From: Elsinoe ampelina
Lineage: Eukaryota
Length of the DNA stretch: 61,662 bases
Direction: 5' to 3'
Assembly (NCBI GenBank): GCA_010093995.1
Contig: ML992502.1
Span: 506,760 to 568,421 of the forward strand
The number at the start of each line of letters is the position of its first letter. Position 1 is the stretch's first letter. A program made the translations under genes and the position numbers. Positions 45,635-60,268 of the stretch are shown here, piece by piece. Under the pieces are notes generated by a model. That model was given only the letters and a program-made list of their open reading frames with translations. It ran no database searches and was not told the origin of the DNA.

Positions 45635-48600
45635 TGTTGTAACTAGCAAATCGGATCGAGAGACGTGTGTTTCATTCAGAGAGTTACAATAACCGATTTA
45701 TCTACTATGCGTGCGCTGACTCATCAGTACCAGTTCTTCAGTACTAGAGAAGCTATACTAGCCTTCTATTACAACACTCCCCCTCTAGTATAGATTACTA
45801 AAGCTAGAGAACTGTCCTGTCACATATAAGTAAAGTAATTAGCTTATTACTTTATCTCTTTATAATTGCTTATAATTGTTAGTGTTAGCTAATCATTAGT
45901 AAGAATTCACTATTAGTTTAGCTTATAATTGCTAGCAACAATAGTAACTATTAACAATAGCTAGGCAGCTATTGTTCATGTAAATAGACTGGCTTATAAG
46001 TCTCAATTAAAGAGATATAAGTATCTAACTAGCCTCTTTATAATTTCTCTTTCCTTTATTACACTTATAGTAGTAGCCTTTTCTTTTATATAACACTTTT
46101 ACCTTCTTACTATACTACATTAACAACACTTATAACATAAGCGCTATAGTGTAGTAACAGCTAGGCATTAGTAGCATTACTACTAGTGCTAGTGCTCTAA
46201 GTAGTCTACTAGGTAGCGGAGGTAGTAGCAAGAAGAGAAATCCTCTATTAAGGTTACCTAGTACTTCTAATGTTAATTATAATACTACTATAAGACTAAT
46301 TACTCGTCTTAATACTCTTAGTAAGTAGCTATAAAGCATTAATAGCATAAGCTAACATTAATAGCCTAATTAACTTAGACTTTAACTTAATAGTTAGCCG
46401 ACATAATCTAGAATACTCTCCTTAGGCTTAGGATAATTAGTTATTACAACTATGCTAACTTATATCTTGTCTAGAGGTCTATAGTAGTCTAGGCCTTTAG
46501 TACCTATAGTGCATACCTAGTAGTTACTAATCCTATTCTAGTTAAGGATCTAACTAAGTAAGTTAACCTTACTAGATCTGCTAACTACTCTGCTACTTTA
46601 ATAGCTTCTAGTGCTACTAGTAGAGTAGTCTACTATAGCACTAATTGCTATACTAAGTGTTAGGGATCTAACCCTAGTAATAATTAGAGTAAGGGTAGGA
46701 GTAGCAAGTTTAGTAAGTGTATTACTTTGCCTAGTTAGCTTAATAAGGCCTACACTTGCTATGCTTATAGTAACTAATATACTAGATGTTCCTTAGCTAA
46801 CTATACTCTAACTCTAAGGCCTGTTAGCTCTCCTAAACCTATAAGGACCCTAAGTAGCTTAAGGGTCATTACCTAGCCTATTCTATATAGCCTAACACAC
46901 CTACTAATAGAGCTCCTAAGGTCTGTCTCTTTTAGTAGTGCTTTGCCTTAGAGGTTCTTACTAAGGGCCTATATACTAGAGGCATTATTAGGTGTAGTTA
47001 ATACCTCGATAACTTATACTAACTCTTGCTACTTTATAGTAGTCCCTATAAACTTTGTAGATCCTACTAACCTAACCGCTACTAAGGTTCGTAACTTAGC
47101 TACTATAGTAACAAACTATGTAGTAGAGCTTATAAGGATTATAGCTACTAGCTACCCTAGTTAGCTTTCTCCTATTTATGCCTTTATACTAGGCCTAGCA
47201 CTAATAAGGTATAGTAGGTCTAGATCTAACACTTCTATAAGGTCTGCTAGTAGTAATAAGGGAAGGGGTTCTCCTTCTATAAAGAAGTAATTAAAGGTAG
47301 GGGATAGGTAGGGGTTATTAAAGGTAATAATAGTACTAAGTAGTAGATATAGCTTAGGTATAAGTAGCTAGTAATAGAGTTATAATAGCTTTTCCTTTCT
47401 CTCTTCTTAATAATAAAACAATTTACTTTAAGCTTTAGACAAATAAGATAGCTTAATAAGTAGTAGTAGCATAAATAACATACTTAAAATAACAATATAT
47501 ATAAAATCTAAATAAGTATATAGTATAGATATACACTAAGTAATTAGCCTTTGCTAATTAATTAAGAATCTTGTTAGAAGACTTAGGCTTTATAAGTGCA
47601 TTAGCTAATTACTAAGTTATATTAATATACTTAAGCTTAATTACTCTAAGTTTATACTACTCTCTATAGTAATAATTCCTTAAATTAATATACTTAGATC
47701 TCCTTAAATTAGTATAATCTCTTATAAGTTTAATAGCTAACTTATTATTAACAAAGACTATAGTTAGGCTAAGATAAATATTAGTAAGTGGCCTAAGTTT
47801 AATAATAAGATTTCTTAACTAATTAATCTCTCTATAGGTCTTAGTAAGGGTAAGGTATTTAGCCTTAGTACTTAATAACATAATAATCTTCTATAGCCTT
47901 AATTTCTAAATAACTAGTACACTAAGCATATAAATAATAGTACTAGATATAGATCTTGTAGTTAATCTATCTCTAGTAAAGTCTAAGTTAGAGTAGGCCT
48001 TAATTGTGTTAACTAATAGTCTATTAGTCTTCTTAAAGGTAAGGCCCTTTATAATAGTCCTATTAATATACCTCTAGATCTGCTTAGCTATAACTACATA
48101 AGCTGTAGTTAGATTCTAAAGGAACCTAGCTAGGTAATTAGTAGCATAGCTAATATTAGGCCTTGTGTTATTAGCTAGATATTACAATTCACTAATAATC
48201 CTATTAAATGTCTTATAGTACTAAGCATTAACTTAGCTATTAGTTAGTTTATAGAGTTAATTAATAGGATGCTTTATAGTTCTTACTTAGTAAAGATTAT
48301 AACCTTTAAGCTTCTCCTTTAAGTAGTGTAATTACTTAATCTTAATTAAGTCCTTAGTTCTATAAAGTTAAACACTAAGGAAGAGGTTTAAGTTTACAAT
48401 CTTTATTAGAAACTTAAGATAAAGATCTTTAACTAGCTTATCTATATGCTTCTACCTAGTAGTAATAATCCTAAAGTCATTAATATATACAAGAACTATG
48501 TAATACTTATTAATAAAGAGACAGGCATTACTATAGGATCTAATAAAACTAAGTAATAGAAGTGCCTTAACTATAGCGTTATACTAGAGAGTAGTAGCTT

Positions 48601-51600
48601 GCTTAAGCCTATATAAGCCCTTTATAAGAACAATAAGCTTATCCTGTTTACTAGGAATTAGTACGCCTTCTAGGTAGGAGATATAGTTCTTAATATTAAT
48701 GTCTAGTCTAAGGAATATAGTAACTACATCTACTGTTATAATAACCTAGTTATAATAAAGAGCATATACAAGGATTACTCTCCTAGTTTTAGCTCTTAGT
48801 ATTAGTATAAAGGTTCTAACAAAGTTAATACCTACTCTTTAAGTAAAGCCCCTTATAGTCTAACGAGCCTTATATCTTTCAACTTTACTATTAGTAAGCC
48901 TCTTAGTCTTAAAGACCTATTTACCTGTTATTAGCCTAACACCTCTTAGTGCCTAAGATTTCTTAATAATCAAAAAGGTTTTAGAGTTAGTTAGAGCCTT
49001 CTACTCTACCTCTATTATAGCTTACTAGTAATAACCTTTAGGAGAGGATAGTATATCTCTTACTATTTGTGGGTCTAGCTTAAAATTGATAGCTATAGAT
49101 CTAATAATCTTACTATTGTTAAGTTTCTTATAATTAATCTAGTAATATGTTCTAAGAGACCTTCTAATAGTTTCTTATAGTAAGAGAGATCTTTTTCTTT
49201 TACTAGTTAGAGGTTATATGTTAAATAGTGTAATAAGGAAGTTAACATCCTTATTCTATATATATATTAGTAGTTAATTAACATTAACTATAGGATTAAA
49301 GGTTAAATGTGGTTTACTAATAACTTTAGGTAGTAGTGTTATAAGGTCTTTACCTTTATAATTAGTAACATTAAGTTGCTTCTCCTGTTTATTAACAGGT
49401 TAAGGATCTAGTTTAGAATGTTAGTGTTACTCCTTCTATTCTTTAATAGGGGTAGATAATTGTTGTTTATATCTAGGGATAGAAGGGTAGTTAGATGTTA
49501 GTTGTTTAACTTAAGGTTGTTTAGCCTAAGTAGTTTATAGATTCTTATGACTAAAGGGTAGTTAGTTATAGCTATAGCCTTAATTATAATTACTACTAAA
49601 TATCTGCTCCCCCTAAAGCTATAAAGCCTTAGGTTGTTATACCTATAGGATATATAGCTATTTAATGACTTATGTTACCTAGTCTTTATAGACTATGTTC
49701 TTATTAAATGTTATATAGGGTAATATAATAATCTTTCCCTTCTAGGCTTTCTAAGCATAATACTAATAGGGTATCTAGATAAGGTAATTAGTTGTTAAGT
49801 TGTTCTACATGCTAATATGCTAACTAAGTAGTGCTCTAGCTTAGAATTTGTGTAATTTAGAAACATGTTAGTTATAGACATAGGCTCTATAGCTAAAGCG
49901 TCTAATATAAGTTAATAAGACTAGCCTGTTATTATTAAGAAGATCCTTTCTAAGCTCTTATATAGGGATCTTCTTAGTTTTAGTGTAGGCAATCCTATTA
50001 CTAATATAGATTACAAACTCTATAACTATATACTAGAGTTTAAGGGGTGCTCTATAATTAACAAAGATATACCTTGTTCTAAGAATAACTACTTTGTTAG
50101 TAGCCTTAGATTTACTATTTTAGTATTAAGTATTAGGTGTAGAGATGTTCTATCTCTACCCTTTAAGATAAATAGCTATTGCTAGTTTATAGTTCCTAAA
50201 TTTACCTCCTCTATTAGAGATAAAGATAAATAAAAGCTTGTTATAGGCTATTTTGTTCCTTGTATAGATAAGTTTAATTACTACTAGTGTATTACTCTTA
50301 AGGAAGAGAATAGTAACAAACTTATACTTGCTCTTACTACATGTTATAAGGAGAAGGTATTTATAGCTCTTACTTAACTATAGTTTAATAGGACTAACAA
50401 GGTCTAGATAGAGCTTATCTAGTAAGCATTTTAGCATATCCCTTAGTTCCCTTAATACTACTCTCTATACCTTTAATATAGTATATAGTTTATAGTAGCT
50501 AAGATCTAATGTTTAAAGTTCTTCTAATCTAATAGCTTAACTTTTAGTAAGGGAGAGAATAGTATTACTAACATAGCCTAACCTCTAGTACTATCTTTCT
50601 AATATTAGCTTTTAAGTAGTTACAATAGCTAGATTTGCTCTTATAGCCTATAGCTTCTATAGTTTTAGCCTTATAGGTAATTCCTTATAGTTCTAAGGCT
50701 TATATACTTTGAAGTTCTTAAGCTATTTAACTCTTTTAAAGTGTTTAATAAGGCTAACTTCCTTTCTATCCTTTATTAAGGATTTGCTAACTATAGAGAT
50801 ACTAAGTTCCTCTTTATTCTAAAGATTAGATATAAGGGTGTTTAGTGATAATAGTAAGTGTATACAATTGTAAAGCTTAATAATTAACTTCTTGCCTTTG
50901 CTGTTAGTTAGGGTAAGCCTAACTATGCCTACTTCTGCATTAAGTAGCTTCTTTGTGCTAATAGCTTATTTAAATTTAAGAACACCTTTATGTACCTTAA
51001 TTGTTAAGAACTATAACCTGTCTTTAATAAAGTACCTTAACGCACTAGAGTTATAGATTGCTCTATTCTTACTATAGGTTAAGGATAATGATATAGACAC
51101 TACTACTGCCCTATAGACTAGTATAATGATATTAATATTAGTGTTAGAGCGTTTATCTAATTTACCTGCCTTAGTAGGTTCTCTAGATTCTTTAATAGCT
51201 ACTTAACCTCTGACTTTCTTAGTCTTTAACTTGTCACCTTTGCCTTTAGCCTTTATGCCTTTATTATTTAACTTGTCTTTATTATCCCTTTTACTCTAAC
51301 TCTTTAGTGCTTTCTTAGGGTACTACTTAAAGCAATCTACATTAGAGTAGACATAATAAGTGTACTAAGTGTATTAATCCTTAATATAACTAGCTACTCT
51401 ATAAATAGGGTTTAGATTAGTTCTTCTATTATATAGGGGCTTCTATATTCTAAGAAAGCCTATTATCTCTTTAAGACTCTTCTTGTAGTTAAGGCTAGAT
51501 CTCTAGCTCCTTAACTATTTAGTAGTCTCTATTCCTATAATAAACATAGTCTTAATATAGTATAGAGGGAGCCTAAACTTATCTAGTTTAGTACTAATAG

Positions 51601-52456
51601 TGCTTGCTCTTTACTCTATAGCAATAGTGTATTAATAATAGTACTTTATAAAATCTTTATAGTACCTTTAGGTGTTATAACTCGTTATAATTACCTTGTT
51701 AAGGTTATAGATAGCTATATGCAGCTTATATGAAATAACAGGTTTAAATATAGCTTTAATAGTGTCTAGAAGTTCCTTTAAAGTCTTCTAAGTTGTACTA
51801 TAGTAAGGTCTAATAGATTTATAAATTCTTATTATAATAACACTATAAGCAATTCTATTATTCTTATACTAGGTCTTGTTCCTAACCTTATAGATTGCCT
51901 TAGTGCCTTTACTAGCATCTAGGGCTAGTTCTTTAGGCTTTATAACTGCTAGCATCTAGTCGATGTTATAAATTGTATGTCTAAGTATATCCTTTTTAAG
52001 GAGGGCTACCTTAAGAGTTAATCTCTAAGTATTGTAGTTGCTCCCTCTCTTAAGAATCTAAGTCTTAAGCATTTTTGCTAATCTAGACATAATAATAGTA
52101 ATTGGCTAAAGGCCTGTTAATTTGATTAATGTAATTAGCTTGTTTAAGCCGTTTAAACCGTTTAATTAAAGAGTTAATACGGGCTACTACAAGTGTTTAT
52201 CTTAATGTAGCTAGTCTAGAATTTAGTATAGGCGGCTTAGTGATCCTTTTAATAATAACACGCTTAATTTGCTATAGCTTTAAGTGCTTTTGTAGAAGCG
52301 CCGGGCTTATAACCTGTTATAACTAGCAAATCGGATCGAGAGACGTGTGTTTCATTTAGAGAGTTACAATAACCGATTTATCTACTATGCGTACGCTGAC
52401 TCATTAGTACCAGTTCTTTAGTACTAGAGAAGCTGTACTAGCCTTCCATTACAACA
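45635..52456 (-). mobile_element. Ty1/copia element 2, full length, RIP-inactivated
   Basis: 142-bp LTRs at 45635-45776 and 52315-52456 (TGTTGTAA...TTACAACA), exact TSD GTATA, PBS GGTTATAAGCCCGG and PPT AGAGGGGGAG on the minus strand. Degenerate protease, integrase, RT (VLVYINDF; KGLYRLKQ) and RNase H. Confidence 0.95.
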
Positions 52457-53755
52457 GTATAAGCTAGAGCGCCAAGAAGGACCCTAATTTAGTTTATCCC
52501 CTAGTGGAACTAAACACTTATCTACTACTCTACTAATTCATAATCAAATTAGATAGTTATTGTCTTAATCTATTGCTATTAAGGAGTTCTTTTGATTTAG
52601 CTATCTTTCAGTACACTAGGTTAAGTATTTATGTAGTTATAATCCACCTTAGTTTAGTGGATTAGGTAGTAATTAATCCTTTTTCCTCCCCTACATAAGT
52701 TAACAGTTATAAGCCTAGTATAACTACCCCTATATAAGTATATCACTTAGTTGCTTAGCTACTCTATTCATTAGTTAATTCTCTATTATCTTGCTTTTTA
52801 AGTATTAGAATCTATTAAGAACTGCCTTAATTATAACTACAGGATTTAGGTGTTAATAAAGGGATAAACAACTATAGATACTAATACCTTAACAGCTAGA
52901 ACACCTATTATTCTTGCTATATTAGCTAAATAGGCTAGCTAGCTATATATTATTAAGATAAGAGCATTAAATACTAAGATATAGAACCTTATTAATCCCT
53001 AGAAGACTATTAAACTAGAGGGGCTCCCTAAGCCTTAGAGGCTAGAAGTAGCAAATATTAACTTCTTAGCACTCTTCTAGATATACAAGGAGGAACAAGC
53101 ATAATTTAATAAATAGCACAAGGCCTTAGCTAATTTAGCTAGCCTTATTTAGTTATTAATTGCACTATAAGTTCTTACTATTATTTAGCTAGAAGAGGAT
53201 CCTTATCTATAGGCTATTCTTCGAGCCTTAAAGAACAGATTTGCTTTATCTAATATAGCTATATAGCTTAAGGTTAAAGCACTCTAGAGGAAATAACTCT
53301 CTAGTCCTTCCCTATAGAATATAGACTATTAGCTTTAGTAATAGGAAGAGGTTATAGACAAGGCTAGGAACTATAATCTACTAGAAGCTTAAGGCTTAAA
53401 GCTATAAAGAGACTTCTTGCTCTCTATCTCTAAGACTAAACTAGCATTTGCTAATAAGTACCTTATTAATCTAGATTTACTAACTCTACTAACTATACTT
53501 AAACTAATTACTAAATTTAGACAGTTCTATAAACTTTATAAGCTATATAATAATACAAAGACTAATAAGGGGGCTATAGCCTTCCCTATAGCTACTAAGA
53601 ATATTCTTTATAAGAAACCTAGTCCTATTAGAGAGCCTAAATATATATATTAAGGCCAGCATAAGTAGAGCAAGTACTATTACTTAAATAAGTATATAAG
53701 GCTAGATAGATAGACACTAAACTAGTAGACTATAAAGGAGGTTAGATAGAGGCTA

Positions 53756-56700
53756 TAATGCGAGATAGATACGAACTAGATTTAGTTAGGATCTAGTTTA
53801 GATTAGTTACGTGATCTCGGTATTATAGCCTAGGCTTTCGGCCGCTCCGCCCTCGATATTACGTATGCTTTATATACTAGCTTTTCTTCTTCTTCTTCTA
53901 AGTCTCGATATCTTAACGAATAGACGTAATTAACCTCTTATCTTGCTAGTTGTAATTACTATATCGAGACTTTAAAGAAGCTGTAACTAAGCGACGGAGC
54001 TATTAAACTATCTAGTTATCCTACTACTTACGTAACTACTAACAACTACTACTTACGAAGAATCGAAGAAGAAGCTATTATAACTGCAGTTCCCGCGTAC
54101 ACTATAATAGATCCTCGCTGCTACCGTATAGGTTAATACTATAAACTCCAAAGATATAAGAAGAAGGTAATAAGTCGAGTTATAGACGACTCTTAAAGGA
54201 AGTAGGCCGCCGGCTAAAAATTTTAATATCCCCTTTATTACGCGTTAACTTTTTACACTATTCTATTTACGACTAACTACGCTAAGCATAGCTCGATCTA
54301 ACTACAGCGACGAAGAGCGCTACTAAAGTAAGCTACCTTAACCTATCCCCGATAATAACGACGCCCCTATCCGCTCTCCCTACTATAATCTTTTCGCCCT
54401 CTTCGACGCTACACTCCTTAAGAAGCTATAGGAAGAGTATAGTATATAGGTACTAAGAGACGTATTTAACTATATCGAGTCCTCCTATAATAAGTAAACT
54501 ACGTAGGTAAAAGACACTTGTGCCGACGCTCTCTACTATTACTACGAGTTAGATACTACTTAGGCCTAGCTCGGTAACCTCTAATCCGAACTAGACGTAT
54601 CTTAGTCCTATACCGATAGCGTTACTACCTAAGCTACTCGCTACCTAGACAAAATCTAAGAGCTTAAGGCTAAGGTAGACTAACTAAGAAACGAGATAGA
54701 GCGCGGTATACTAGCTCTTTCTATACGTAGCTCTACCTTATTAGAAAAGATACTAGACCCTGCCGTCTTTAGTATAGGTACACTAGAGTAGTTCGAGGTC
54801 TTTAAGTACTAGATAAGGAACAAGATATGCGCTAACGTAGATCGTTTCTCTATAAGAGACACCTAGTTTACCTATCTATACTTACGCCTCTCTAGAGAAG
54901 CCTATACCCTTATTATAGACTTAGCCGGTAACGACGTTATTAGCGTTAAAGAGGTTCTTACCCTTCTAGCCTAGCGCTTTAAGGATCCTAACTATAGGGC
55001 TACTATACGTACTTAGTTCGCTAACCTCTTCTAGCGTAATAGTACGTTTAACTCCTTTATTGGCAAGTTTAATAAGTACGCTCTTTGCGCTAAGATCGCT
55101 AAAGAGAAGTAGCTATACTAGATCCGTTAGAAGATATTTAACAAGCTACGCGATACTCTAGTTAACTACGACACTAATAACCTTACTGCCTTTATTACTA
55201 AGGCCTACGCTACTAACTATAATATTCGACAGAATAACCTTATTACTAAGCGCACTTAGGCTTTGCGTTCTGTGCTAGCTATAAGCCGCGCCGCTACTAT
55301 ACCTACTTATATACCTTATTCTACCTCCGCGCCTATAGCTCTACCTATCTTTCGCCCTATTACTAGAGGTGCTCTATAGCCTTTCCGTCCGGCTCTAGCA
55401 CTTACCTATTATATATACGGCAAGCCTAGACATATCTCTACTAAGTGTATAGCTAGCGCCTTAGAGAAGGCTACTTACGCTACTATATGCCTCGTACGTA
55501 TTAGCGTTATAGAGGAGATATAGTAGCTCTAGGATTGCTTAGCCTAGTTAAGTAACTAGGTCGACACTAGTTCGGCTTACGAACTAGATCTAGTTAAGCC
55601 TTAGTTCGACCCCGAAATAGACTACGAGCCTACTAGTTTCTCTAGCTAGAGAAACGAGTAGCTAGAGGACGAGTTCTATTCTCTAGCGAAATAAGGGCAA
55701 TTCGAGATAAATCTAGAGGTATATAGTTACTAAATAGTGTTATCGGCTACTACATCCCCGCTATTATAACTTCTATTACTATTTACGACCCCTATAACCG
55801 CTTACGTACTATTATAATTTAAGCCTTTATTGACACTAGCGCGCTTATTAGCGCCGTAGTTAATTACAACGTTCTCGATAAGCTAAAGAGCTTCGGCTGC
55901 CCCGTAGTACTAGCTAGTCCTATTTAGCTTTAAGCCTATAATAGTGTTCTAATAGAGTAAGTTACATATAGCGTTCCCCTTACTACTACTGTTTCTAGTA
56001 AGCTAAATAACCTTACTACCTTTCGTATTATAGATATTAGCTAATTCGACATTATCCTTAGCCTCGGCTAGCTTAAGGCTAATAGGGCTACTATCGACTA
56101 CAAGTACGGCCGAGTTATATATAAAGAAGAGTTTTCGCCGACAGTTGTTAAGTAGGAGCCGCCGTAGCTAATTAAAAGGCTAGAATCTAGATCTAAGCCT
56201 AGCTTAGATCTAGGAACCTAGCTCGGCAAAGCCGCCGTTTTAGTTTAGAATTAGTTCGGTCCTAGTTTAACACGTAAACTAGGTTCTAGCTCGGCTACTA
56301 AGATAGGGCGAACTAGACTATATCGACTACTAGCTCTTAGGTCGAACTTTAAGCTAAATTAGGGAGAGTTTAAGCTAATCTCCTATAGTACTTAGTTAAT
56401 ACATAAGTTCTCCTACGTACCTGCCTACGTAAGTAACACTAAGTAAGAAGAGCCGACTATCGCTTTTATCGGCGCCGCTACCTTCGTATTAGTAGCTAAA
56501 TACTAAGAGAACGAGGTGTTTGTAATCTCGGTAAAGAATATTAAAGACTACTACTAGATAGCCTCCGAGCTAGAACTAGATCCTATAGTAGTCCTCCTAG
56601 AGGAGTTATAGGAGTTTACTAACGTCTTCTCTAAAGAATAATCTAACACGCTCCCTTAGCATCGGCTAGATTTTAACAACTATATTACACTTAAAGATAG

Positions 56701-59700
56701 TACTAAGCTACTACGTATAGAGCCTTTACGCTACCTATTGCTAGAAGAACTCGATATAGTAGAACAATTTATCTAAGAACATCTTAATAAAGGCTTTATT
56801 ATACTAAGTTCCGCTAGCTATTCCTTACTTATTCTCTTTATTTATAAGCTAGGCGGAGAACTCCGTCTCTACGTTAACTACTATAGCCTTAACGAGGTAA
56901 CTAAGCGAGATATCTATCCTCTACTCCTTATCGAAGAAACGCTTACGCGCATAAGTAAGGCTAAATAGTTTAGTAAGATCAACATCTATTAAGCCTTTTA
57001 CCGCCTCTATAACTCCGTCGATAGTAAAGATCTTACTATGTTCTCTATATATATAGGCAACTTTAAGTAGCTAGTAATGCCGTTCGGCCTTACTAATGCC
57101 CCTATAGTCTAGTAGAGGTTTATAAATTACAACTTCGTCGATATACTAGAGCGCTTCGTATCGATCTACCTAGATAATATCCTTATCTACACGAATAGCT
57201 CCTACTAAGAGCACGCCGAGTATATTAAGCTAGTACTCTAGAGGCTCTACGAATTAGGCCTAAACGCTAACATTAAGAAGAGCAAGTTCTACCTAACGGA
57301 GGTAAAGTATCTCGGTATTATTGTTAGCTAAGATAGAGTCAAAATAGATCTAAAGAAGATAGAAGCTATACGAGCCTAGAAATAGCTAGCTCCTAGTAAC
57401 ACTACTTAGGTAAGAAGCTTTATTAGTTTCTACAGCTACTATCGCCGCTTTATTAAGGGATTTAGTACTATTGCTAAGCTACTAAACGATCTTCTTAAGA
57501 AGGACGCTATACTATAGAACGATAAGTGTACTACTGCATTTAACTACATAAAGTACACTATTATAAGTGTGCCTATCCTTATACATTTCGATCGCTCGAA
57601 GTAGATAGTCCTTAAGACTAACGCCTCCGACACTACTACCGCTAGAATTCTATTATAATACGACAAGTCTAACGTCCTCTAGCCTATTGCCTTTTTTAGT
57701 AAATCTATAAATAAAGCCGAACATAACTACGCTATCTACGACAAGGAACTGCTAGTAATCGTCTAAGCCTTCGAGGAATAGGCCCCTAAGCTTATAAGTA
57801 CTTAATCTAATAAGGCTATCTACGTCCTTACCGACTACTAATCCTTAATACACTTTATAAAGACTTAGAAGCTATTACGCCGCTAAGCACGCTAGGCCCT
57901 CTACCTCGCGTAGTTTAACTTTAAGATTATATATAGGCCTAGCGCCGCTAACGGCAAGGCCGACGTACTTACGAGAAGGAATAGAGATATACTACATTCG
58001 AGAGAAGACTCTAATCTACGCTAGACGCTACTACTATATAAGGTGCTAGATTAGCGCATTATCGACGAACTAAATCTAGGTCACATCCGAACTAGATTAC
58101 TAATCTAAGCCGAACTAAGATCTAGTTTAGTATCTAGTTCGCGGACTAGTTCGCCGTCTAGTTCGCTACTAATTTTGCCTTCTATTTTGCTACCTGTATC
58201 GGCGCCTATTTCGGCCGCTAAACTAGGCATCTACGTAGTACCTATCTTAGCTACGGAAGAACCTTTACCCCTTTTCGAAGAAGTAGCTAAAGCTAACTTA
58301 TAAGACGCTAAGTGCGAAACAGTTAGAGGCATCTACTGTATAATAGGGGCCTTCCTAAAGAGGAAATAGCTGCTATCGAGCGATGTCACTATTAATAAAG
58401 GGGTGTTATAGGTCGCCGGCTAACTATTCGTGCTATAGTTAATAGCCGCAAAGGTTATCTAAGAAGTCTATACATCGAAGGACTATATACATAGAGGAGC
58501 TACTAAAACGGCTACTATAATTAAGACTACCTTTTATATCCCGAGCTACGACAACTTCGTTAAGAGGTTCGTAGCTAACTATTATAACTATAAGCGCTTA
58601 AAGGCTCGCTACGGCTTACTAGCTAGCCTCCTATCGCTATTGCCTATTCCGGTGAGACCTTAGCAATATATTACTATAGACTTCGTTACTAGCCTACCTC
58701 TAGTAGATAGCTATAACGTAGTACTATATATTGTCGATCGCTTATCTAAGGAGCGACACTTAATCCCTTGCCTCTAGGGAGAAGGAGGAACCTCTACGTT
58801 CGAGACAGCTAAGCTGTTATTCTTCTACGTATAGAAACTACATAGCCTACTAGATAGTATTACCTCTAACTGCGGCTCTTAGTTCGTTAGCGACGTATAG
58901 AAGAGGCTCTACTAGATCCTAAAGATTATAGCTAAGCTATCTACCGCCGGCTACCCTTAAATAGACGGCTAATTAGAAGTTATAAACCGAGAGTTCGAAC
59001 GAGTTATTCGATCCTATATAATATAGTTTAGTAATTAGACTCTTGTTCTACTAGTTATAGAGTTCTCCGTAAACGCTAACCCCTCGGAAAGTACTAAGCT
59101 ATTACTATTTAAGGTAACTAGAGGATATAAGCTAAGAATAAGCTTCTAGCCCCCTGCCGACTTACTATTAACAAGAGCTAAGCTTAATAAGGCCGAAATT
59201 CGCGCGCTTGCTAAACAACTAGAAGAAGCCCTTACTATTGCTAAAGCTAACCTTACTATCGCTTAGTTACGAATAGTAGAGCAAGCTAATAAATACCGCT
59301 AGCTAATAGAGTTCGAAGCTAGCGATTTAGTGTAGTTATCGACGAAAAACCTTCGGCTATAGGGCAATCTAAAGCTACTACCGAAGTATGTCGGTCCTTA
59401 TAAGATTCTTAAAAAACGGTCGCTGTTAGTGTATAAGCTCGATCTACTAGCTACTCTATAAAGGATTTACTCTATGTTCTACGCCGACCTCCTTACTAAG
59501 CACCCGAATAACCCCCTACTAGGCTAAGCCTTTAAGGAACTACCTCTAGTAGAGATCGACGGTAAGGAAGAGTATAAGGTAGACGACGTAATTAACATAC
59601 GTATACTATAAGGGAAGCTAGTTACTTATATAAGCTAGAAGAGCTATCCGGAGGATCTTACCTAGTAGCTAATCGACAACCTTAAAGGAGTAGCCGACGT

Positions 59701-60009
59701 GCTACGCGACTATCTAGACTCTTACACGGATAAGCTAAGGCTAAAATAGATTAATAAATAATATATAATAGCGTTTAAGGGTAAACGCACTTAAGAGGGA
59801 AAGTAGTAATACGAGATAGATACGAACTAGATTCAGTTAGAATCTAGTTTAGATTAGTTACGTAATCTTAGTATCGCGGCCTAGGCTTCTAGCTACTCTA
59901 CCCTCGATATTACGCGTGCTTTATATACTAGCTTTTCTTCTTCTTCTTCTAAGTCTCGATATCTTAACGAATAGACGCAATTAACCTCTTATCTTACTAG
60001 TCGTAATTA
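53756..60009 (+). mobile_element. Ty3/gypsy chromovirus copy B, full length (6254 bp), RIP-inactivated
   Basis: 203-bp LTRs at 53756-53958 and 59807-60009, TSD GGCTA/AGCTA and PPT AAGAGGGAAAGTAG. Order is gag-PR-RT(IYLDNILIY)-RH(YDKELL)-IN(ITIDFVTSLP)-chromodomain. Confidence 0.96.
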
Positions 60010-60178
60010 AGCTAAATAATAAGACTCTTAAAGAGAGGATTAATGCTATCCTTGCTAAGGAAGTATAATATTAGAAGGAGTTAACCCTACTAGTGCTAAT
60101 TAACACAGCTATAACTATTAAATTACACTTAGTATTTATTTTAGCTACTAGTAACATCTTAAGCTTATAGATACTAGA

Positions 60179-60268
60179 NNNNNNNNNNNNNNNNNNNNNN
60201 NNNNNNNNNNNNNNNNNNNNNNNNNNNNNNNNNNNNNNNNNNNNNNNNNNNNNNNNNNNNNNNNNNNN
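60179..60268. other. Assembly gap
   Basis: Run of N. Confidence 1.
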
